A DNA stretch of 32,000 bases from Aciduliprofundum boonei T469 (GTDB lineage: Archaea; Thermoplasmatota; Thermoplasmata; Thermoplasmatales; Aciduliprofundaceae). The DNA is taken from positions 1,200,001-1,232,000 of the forward strand of contig NC_013926.1 of assembly GCF_000025665.1 (NCBI RefSeq), given 5' to 3'. A program made the position numbers and the translations under genes. The notes under the pieces are model-generated. The model saw only the letters and a program-made list of their open reading frames with translations. It did no database searches and was not told where the DNA came from. Below are positions 26,569-32,000 of this stretch, piece after piece (position 1 is the stretch's first letter; each line of letters starts with the position of its first letter).

Positions 26569-27519
26569 ATGGATTTTGGGTTCGTGCTTCCCACAGGTTC
26601 TAGGGAAAGCAAAGATGTGGACCTTGCAATAATTGGGGGAGGCCCAGCAGGTCTTAGTGCAGGAATATACGCAAAAAGAGCAGGATTGGAGGCAATAATC
26701 ATAGACAAGGGCAACGCAGGAGGTTTGGCAGAGGAAGCACCCTATGTAGAGAATTATCTTGGATATAAAGGTATAAAAGGAGAGGAACTAGTTAAAGAGT
26801 TTAAGGAGCATGCTATGGATTATGTTGAGATATCTGAGAGGAATGAGGTTAAGGAGATAACAAAAGAGGGGGATATTTTCATAATCAACGCTGAAAAGGG
26901 AGAGTATAAAGCTAAAGCGATAATATTCGCCACTGGCACAACCCACAAGACACTTGGAGTTCCAGGAGAGAAGGAGTTATTTGGAAAGGGCGTATCTTAT
27001 TGTGTTACCTGCGATGGTTATTTCTATAGGGGAAAGAAAGTAGCTGTTATAGGCGGCGGTAATTCCGGAGCCATCGCTGCAATTTACCTAAAAGACATAG
27101 GTGTTGAGCCTGTAGTACTTGAATATATGCCAAAATTCATGTGTGAGAAGGCCTACGAGAATATCATAAAGGACAGAAAGATTCCCTACTATACCAATGT
27201 GCAAGTAACATCCATCGAGGGAAAAGATAAGGTTGAGAAGGTAGTATACAAAGATAGAGCCACAGGAGAGATAAATGAAATCCAAGTTGATGGAGTTTTT
27301 ATCTATGTAGGTTTAATTCCAATAAGTGATCTCGCCAAGAAACTTGGAGTAAAAACGGATGAAAGGGGATATATAAATGTTGATTTAAAGATGAGAACGA
27401 ATGTTCCTAGGATATATGCCGCAGGGGATGTGACCGGCTATGCAGGGCAGATAATAATCGCCGCTGGTCAGGGAGCAATGGCTGCCCTGAGTGCTTATGA
27501 AGATTTAATGCTCCATTAA
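26569..27519 (+). CDS. trxB: Thioredoxin reductase-like flavoprotein (low-Mr TrxR family)
   Basis: FAD motif IIGGGPAGLSAG, redox-active CVTC (27001-27012), second dinucleotide motif VIGGGNSG, C-terminal AAGDV. GAGGTGA SD lies 5 nt before ATG 26569. The track start at 26560 is GTG. Confidence 0.88.
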   Translation: MDFGFVLPTGSRESKDVDLAIIGGGPAGLSAGIYAKRAGLEAIIIDKGNAGGLAEEAPYVENYLGYKGIKGEELVKEFKEHAMDYVEISERNEVKEITKEGDIFIINAEKGEYKAKAIIFATGTTHKTLGVPGEKELFGKGVSYCVTCDGYFYRGKKVAVIGGGNSGAIAAIYLKDIGVEPVVLEYMPKFMCEKAYENIIKDRKIPYYTNVQVTSIEGKDKVEKVVYKDRATGEINEIQVDGVFIYVGLIPISDLAKKLGVKTDERGYINVDLKMRTNVPRIYAAGDVTGYAGQIIIAAGQGAMAALSAYEDLMLH

Positions 27520-27530
27520 TTTTTATTTTT
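27520..27530 (+). terminator. Oligo-T terminator after trxB
   Basis: TTTTTATTTTT begins immediately after the TAA stop. Confidence 0.5.
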
Positions 27531-27591
27531 ACAAAAAATAATTGCGATAAATTTATATACAGGGTGCATAATATTGGATTGGTGATATTCT

Positions 27592-27900
27592 GTGACTGAA
27601 GAGGTAACCAGGGTTCCTCTGCCAGATCGAAACAAAGGCGAGATGTTTGCAATAGTTGATAAAATATTAGGCGGTTCTAGAATGATTGTAATGTGTGCAG
27701 ATGGCAAATCTCGCATGGCGAGAATACCTGGCAAGATAAAGAGAAGAATGTGGATAAAGGAAGGGGATCTTGTAATAATTAGGCCTTGGGAGTTTCAGGA
27801 TGAGAAAGCTGATGTTATTTATCGTTACACGAGAACTCAGGCAAGCCATTTAAGTAAGAGTAACAAGCTTCCTGAGCTTCTGGATGTGTTCGGGAAATGA
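27592..27900 (+). CDS. eif1a: Translation initiation factor aIF-1A
   Basis: S1/OB-fold aIF1A pattern (GEMFAIVDKILGGSRMIVMCADGKSRMARIPGKIKRRMWIKEGDLVII.PWEFQDEKADVIYRY). GTG start with GGTGAT 5 nt upstream. TATA-like AAATTTATATAC at 27549-27560. Confidence 0.9.
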   Translation: MTEEVTRVPLPDRNKGEMFAIVDKILGGSRMIVMCADGKSRMARIPGKIKRRMWIKEGDLVIIRPWEFQDEKADVIYRYTRTQASHLSKSNKLPELLDVFGK

Positions 27901-28661
27901 AAAAAGATATGGAAGAATACCTTTATGAAAAAATCGTACCTTATAGAGAGGAGAAGAGAAAGAAAGGTATGGAGGATAGAAAGACCTATGCTGGTGTGTT
28001 TGATAATAGAACACTTCTAGCATTTTACAAACTTCTCAAAAGAGGTACCATAAAAGAGGTTGAATTTCCCATATCCACAGGGAAAGAGGGAGATGTTTTT
28101 CGTGGAATTGGAAAGAATGGATATGTGGCAATTAAAGTGTATAGGATTACAACTGCCAATTACAAAGGGCTTTCAAAATTCATAGATGGAGATGATAGAT
28201 TTGCGCATATACACAAAACCAAGGATACCATTATATTTGTTTGGGCTCAAAAAGAATTTAGAAATTTGAGAGATTTTAGAAAATATGGAGTAAATGTTCC
28301 AGAGCCTATAGACAGGTGGAAAAATATCATAGTTATGAATTATATAGGCAATGAAAATATGGCCGCACCTCTTATGAAGGATGTTATGGAAAGCCTTAAG
28401 AAGGATATGGCATACGAGATTATTGAAGAGATGAAAAAAATGCATAAGGCGAAGTTGGTACATGGGGATTTAAGCGAGTACAACATACTTGTATGGGAGG
28501 GCAAGCCATACATAATAGATGTGGCGCAAGCTGTACCTTTGGATCATCCCCTTGCAGATGAGCTTATGCTGAGAGATTTAAAGAATATGGTTAGGGTATT
28601 TAAGAAGTTAGGGGTGGATATCAGTCCAAAGGATCTAGCCAAGGAGATTGGGGTGATATGA
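27897..28661 (+). CDS. rio1: RIO-type serine/threonine protein kinase Rio1
   Basis: RIO domain: STGKEGDVF, AIKVYR, catalytic LVHGDLSEYNIL, metal-binding IIDVAQAV. ATGA overlap with aIF1A. Confidence 0.9.
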   Translation: MKKDMEEYLYEKIVPYREEKRKKGMEDRKTYAGVFDNRTLLAFYKLLKRGTIKEVEFPISTGKEGDVFRGIGKNGYVAIKVYRITTANYKGLSKFIDGDDRFAHIHKTKDTIIFVWAQKEFRNLRDFRKYGVNVPEPIDRWKNIIVMNYIGNENMAAPLMKDVMESLKKDMAYEIIEEMKKMHKAKLVHGDLSEYNILVWEGKPYIIDVAQAVPLDHPLADELMLRDLKNMVRVFKKLGVDISPKDLAKEIGVI

Positions 28662-29210
28662 ATGATGTATGTTAAGATTCCAAAATCAAGGGTTGGTGCT
28701 CTCATAGGAAAGCATGGAGAAGTCAAGAAGAAAGTGGAAGAAATATCGGGAGTGAAAATGGATATAAACTCAAATGATGGAGATGTTGTTATTGACGAAT
28801 CCTCAGGGGATCCCTTGATGGCCTTAAAAGTGAGAGATTTTGTTATGGCAGTAGGTCGTGGGTTCTCCCCAGAGCGGGCTTGGAGGATATTCAATGAAGA
28901 TGTCTACTTTGAAGTTATAGACATAAAAGAATTCACAGGAAAGAGAGAAAATAGAATAAGGGTATTGAGAGGAAGAATTATAGGAAAGAATGGAAAAACT
29001 AGGAGGATAATAGAGGAGATGAGCGGCGCTTCCATATCCGTCTATGGCTACACTGTTGCAATAATTGGAGATTACACTCAAATGGAAATCGCTAAGAAAG
29101 CTGTAGAGATGCTTCTCCGGGGAAGTAAACATGCAACAATATATCACTTCTTAGAGAAGAAGAGAAGGGAGAACAAGTACAGGGCTCTGGATTATTACTA
29201 CATCCAGTGA
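28662..29210 (+). CDS. KH-domain RNA-binding protein (archaeal Dim2/Pno1-like)
   Basis: Two KH-like modules (VGALIGKHGEVKKKVE; RGRIIGKNGKTRRIIEE). The conserved archaeal neighbourhood is aIF1A-Rio1-KH. Confidence 0.8.
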   Translation: MMYVKIPKSRVGALIGKHGEVKKKVEEISGVKMDINSNDGDVVIDESSGDPLMALKVRDFVMAVGRGFSPERAWRIFNEDVYFEVIDIKEFTGKRENRIRVLRGRIIGKNGKTRRIIEEMSGASISVYGYTVAIIGDYTQMEIAKKAVEMLLRGSKHATIYHFLEKKRRENKYRALDYYYIQ

Positions 29211-29214
29211 TTTT

Positions 29215-30435
29215 ATGGACATAAATACATTCCTTTTCTCTCTTATTCTACTGATTTTTCTGGGTCGTGCACTGGGTCTTCTCTTTGTGAAATACAAATT
29301 TCAGAGTTTAATAGGAGAGGTTATGGGGGGTATAATTTTAAGTCCCCTTGCATTGGGATTGATTGTTCCAAGTGATATCCTGCGTCTCTTTGCCCAGTTT
29401 GGAATAATAATGATTATGCTTCTCTCTGGCCTTCTAACTGATTTCAAAGCATTCAGCGAGCATAAGTACAAAAGTACATTAATTGGAGTGCTTGGTGTAA
29501 GTGTATCAATGACTTTGATATCATCAATTCTCTTAATGCTTGGAATAAGCCTCGAAGCGTCTCTTTTTATAGGTGTTATTCTCTCTAATACGGCAGTGGA
29601 AGTATGTGCAAATATACTGATGAAGAGCAAATCTTCCAAGGAGATCCAAGCGATAATTATGGGCGCAAGTTTTGTGGATGATATAGTTGCCGTTTTTCTA
29701 ATAGGCGTTGTTGGCTCTATAACCCTAGGCAATAATATAACTATTCTATCGCTCTTAATTCTATCCATAGGTGTTGCACTATTTATCCTAATATTTCTCT
29801 GGATTGTACCTTACTTCCTAGAAAAATACTCTGTCATAGACAAACTGATTGGAAGCGGCCCTAAAAGAGAGAAGGTTCTGCTTACTTTCACCATTCTTTT
29901 TGCTTTACTGTTAGGTCTTGTAGCACAATATGTAGGCCTGCAAGCGGTTATAGGAGCCTATATTGGAGGATTGATTATAGGAAAATGGGGGACCAAAGTA
30001 GGTCCAATGTTGAGAAGAAGGGTGGCTTATGAAGATCTTGTAGATGATTTAGAACCCTTTTCTCACGCTCTTTTCACACCCATTTTCTTCGGGTATGTCG
30101 GTCTAACACTTGGAGAAGTGTTATCAAAATTTGGTATGACCTTTGAAATGGGTATTCTCGTTTTTCTCCTAACTCTTGGAGCTCTTGCCGGAAAATTTAT
30201 TGGGTGCGGCTTAGGGGCTAGATTGTCGCACCTTGACAAAAAACAATCAGGATTTATTGGAATAGCTATGGGCGGTAGAGGTGCTTTAGAATTGGTTCTT
30301 CTTTCGATTGGATATGAAAAAGGTATCATAAACGGTCCATTATTTGCCTCGGTTGTTCTCGTTACTCTCCTAACTGTAATAATAACTCCCATTCTTCTCT
30401 CGTTGTATGAAAAGAGAATCATGGCTTCCCCCTAG
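29215..30435 (+). CDS. Cation:proton antiporter (CPA2 / Kef-NapA type Na+/H+ exchanger)
   Basis: About 12 TM segments, 406 aa, sodium/hydrogen exchanger-family pattern (GEVMGGIILSP...LFAQFGIIMIMLLSGL). Confidence 0.8.
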   Translation: MDINTFLFSLILLIFLGRALGLLFVKYKFQSLIGEVMGGIILSPLALGLIVPSDILRLFAQFGIIMIMLLSGLLTDFKAFSEHKYKSTLIGVLGVSVSMTLISSILLMLGISLEASLFIGVILSNTAVEVCANILMKSKSSKEIQAIIMGASFVDDIVAVFLIGVVGSITLGNNITILSLLILSIGVALFILIFLWIVPYFLEKYSVIDKLIGSGPKREKVLLTFTILFALLLGLVAQYVGLQAVIGAYIGGLIIGKWGTKVGPMLRRRVAYEDLVDDLEPFSHALFTPIFFGYVGLTLGEVLSKFGMTFEMGILVFLLTLGALAGKFIGCGLGARLSHLDKKQSGFIGIAMGGRGALELVLLSIGYEKGIINGPLFASVVLVTLLTVIITPILLSLYEKRIMASP

Positions 30436-30991
30436 ACTCTCCAAAATACAAGGTAGAGGCAATGATATGCGCTACCCTTAATGGCTCAGGAATTGCGCCT
30501 CTAACCGTGAAAGCATTTATCACTCTCTCCGCCTCGCTCCTTTCAATACCCACAATTTGTGCATAAACCTCATATTTTCCATTTTGAACTTTCTCAATCT
30601 TATACTTTTTAATTAATTTCATCCTAACTTCCCAATCTTCAAAATGCTTTTTTAAAGCATCTTCTATTGTTTTCAAATCTGGCATTTTTCGTGAAACAAC
30701 TATTATTGGAATACCATACTCTTTCCAAACTCTTTCTAGGTCCAAAACATTGAAACCGCCAAATGTTATACCTTGAGTGAATATAACCTTTATCTGCCTT
30801 CCATACTTAGACGAGAGCATATCAAGAAGTGCATCTGTGACATCCATCCCATCAACTTCAATTTCTCGCAGAAGCATACCTTCAATATAATTTGGATATC
30901 TCATAACTATTCCAACGAGATTAGAGCTACCGGGGATATGTGGCGCAAAATAAGAATCGTCTATACCCAAGGCACGAATGTATTTTTTCAT
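30419..30991 (-). CDS. DUF99/UPF0215 family protein (endonuclease V-like fold)
   Basis: N-terminus [11 protein letters not shown] and a size of about 190 aa are characteristic of archaeal UPF0215/DUF99. ATGA overlap with the pth2 stop. Confidence 0.65.
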   Translation of the reverse strand: MKKYIRALGIDDSYFAPHIPGSSNLVGIVMRYPNYIEGMLLREIEVDGMDVTDALLDMLSSKYGRQIKVIFTQGITFGGFNVLDLERVWKEYGIPIIVVSRKMPDLKTIEDALKKHFEDWEVRMKLIKKYKIEKVQNGKYEVYAQIVGIERSEAERVINAFTVRGAIPEPLRVAHIIASTLYFGESRGKP

Positions 30992-31329
30992 AACAATGGC
31001 AAATTACCAGTTACCTTATTAACTATTTCCTCAGGCCCGGGTCCTATGCCCAAGCATGTCACCGTGCCAGGAGGTACCTCAGTAAGTCCAGCATCTCTAA
31101 TTATTGCCGTTGGCAAGCCCAAATTCTTTGCTTTAAATTCGAGCTCATATAGAGTTTTCAAATCTTTAACCTTGACTACAACCTTCTTCTGACCCTCTTT
31201 GAGCCATCCATCAAGCCACGGATTTTTCTGCCTTTTAGCTTTAAGAGTGCACTCAACAGCCGCATGAGCCACTTGAACTGCAAGCTTTCCGCATGAGAGT
31301 TGCAAATCATCCCTAACAACCATTACCAT
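30988..31329 (-). CDS. pth2: Peptidyl-tRNA hydrolase, archaeal type (Pth2)
   Basis: [25 protein letters not shown]...[27 protein letters not shown] is typical Pth2. ATG 31327-31329 is preceded by GAGGT. An upstream in-frame ATG at 31341 is an alternative start. Confidence 0.9.
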   Translation of the reverse strand: MVMVVRDDLQLSCGKLAVQVAHAAVECTLKAKRQKNPWLDGWLKEGQKKVVVKVKDLKTLYELEFKAKNLGLPTAIIRDAGLTEVPPGTVTCLGIGPGPEEIVNKVTGNLPLL

Positions 31330-31330
31330 C

Positions 31331-31849
31331 TTATACCTCATTCACAACACCTTTCAATCTCTCTATCCTATCATCCATTTCTCTTATCTCCTCAAGAATT
31401 TCCCTTCTCTTCTCTTCATAATAATCCCTTCTTCTTGGGTTGAGCCTTATCATTCTCTCCACTTCTTCTAATTCTTTTATCTTTCTCTTTCTCTCTTTTA
31501 AAAGTTCGTCAAGCATTATTAACCTATCATACTTATCATTTTCCTCTAATCCAAACAATTTTCGGAGGGTAGGATAGCCACCTCTGTAAAATCCAACTAT
31601 GAAGAATATACCTGTGAGATTTATCAATGCAAACCATATATATTTCCCATAAAAAAGAGAAGTATAGCCCAAAATGTAGCCCGTGAGAATTGCAATGACT
31701 ATGCTCATCCCCATACCTAAACCGATGCGATACAACTGGTCATATTCCAAATCCAACTCACCTTTCTTTGGAAAAAGCATGTTTATGAATGTATAACCTG
31801 GAAGAAAGAATAGCATGAGTACAGCACCAATCACTTGCAATACATTCAT
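31331..31849 (-). CDS. Hypothetical membrane protein with C-terminal charged coiled coil
   Basis: Three predicted TM segments at the N-terminus ([17 protein letters not shown]..., DUF1616-N-like), then a highly charged helical tail ([19 protein letters not shown]...[18 protein letters not shown]). The track start at 31852 is TTG; ATG is at 31847-31849. Confidence 0.7.
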   Translation of the reverse strand: MNVLQVIGAVLMLFFLPGYTFINMLFPKKGELDLEYDQLYRIGLGMGMSIVIAILTGYILGYTSLFYGKYIWFALINLTGIFFIVGFYRGGYPTLRKLFGLEENDKYDRLIMLDELLKERKRKIKELEEVERMIRLNPRRRDYYEEKRREILEEIREMDDRIERLKGVVNEV

Positions 31850-31899
31850 CAAGCCAAAATTGTGGGATAATATTTAAAATTTCACAAAGTTTTAAAAGG

Positions 31900-32000
31900 A
31901 TGTGCCAATATTGCATTGTGAAAGTTGTGATTTTAGATGGCTATGTTGACGAGCCCTCAGTGCTTGGAGTGCCACCCTATATTTCTCCCTACATCCGTGA
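31900..32000 (+). CDS. 5' fragment of a CDS running off the window (N-terminus resembles archaeal B12-binding-type radical SAM proteins)
   Basis: Hand translation: [33 protein letters not shown]... An in-frame GTG at 31918 would give MKVVILDGY... Two TATA-like boxes lie upstream (31867-31883, 31888-31899). The family call rests only on my recollection of the ILDGY.DEP..LGVPPYI N-terminal pattern. Confidence 0.45.
   Translation, partial: MCQYCIVKVVILDGYVDEPSVLGVPPYISPYIR

Noticed and set aside
1-32000. Search for mobile elements, CRISPR arrays, tRNA/rRNA genes, toxin-antitoxin or defence islands
   Set aside because: I found no direct-repeat arrays, no transposase- or integrase-like ORFs, and no intergenic region long or GC-rich enough for a structured RNA gene. 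The window reads as conserved core chromosome.

Overview
AT-rich archaeal chromosomal segment that is densely coding, with many 1-17 nt gene overlaps and GGAGGTGA-type Shine-Dalgarno motifs. It is mostly core housekeeping. I found no tRNA or rRNA gene, CRISPR array, transposase or integrase. From left to right: (1) a minus-strand Opp/Dpp peptide ABC importer operon, oppA-B-C-D-F, with oppF cut by the window edge; (2) an unannotated 53-aa ORF; (3) the conserved archaeal cluster of ribosomal protein LX, prefoldin alpha and FtsY, followed by a cysteine-synthase-like PLP enzyme; (4) a minus-strand A1AO ATP synthase operon in the order atpH-I-K-E-C-F-A-B, with no atpD; (5) pxpABC (5-oxoprolinase), a YggS-type PLP protein and pyrrolidone-carboxylate peptidase; (6) a heterodimeric ABC exporter pair; (7) an SDR; (8) a two-domain protein disulfide oxidoreductase (CQYC/CPYC) plus thioredoxin reductase; (9) aIF1A, Rio1 kinase and a KH (Dim2-like) protein, then a CPA2 antiporter; (10) a minus-strand operon of a membrane/coiled-coil protein, Pth2 and DUF99; (11) the 5' end of one more plus-strand gene. 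The gene set (A-type ATPase, Pyrococcus-type PDO, prefoldin, aIF1A, Pth2) points to a thermophilic euryarchaeon, possibly related to Thermococcales, Thermoplasmata or DHVE2. That placement is inference only. The most unusual object is atpK. The rotor proteolipid is one 606-aa polypeptide with six fused c-subunit hairpins, apparently a 2-hairpin unit triplicated. It is preceded by a Sec-type signal peptide and a ~90-aa beta-rich domain rich in N-glycosylation sequons. Hairpin 1 carries Gln where the other five carry the ion-binding Glu. Other points worth a second look are the thioredoxin reductase lacking the NADPH-recognition HRRxxxR motif, the asymmetric (degenerate-site) ABC exporter, the pcp/pxpABC/opp pyroglutamyl-peptide salvage neighbourhood, the missing atpD, and the small SD-preceded ORF. 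Several ORF-track starts are upstream TTG/GTG over-extensions. I moved those to ATG codons preceded by an SD.
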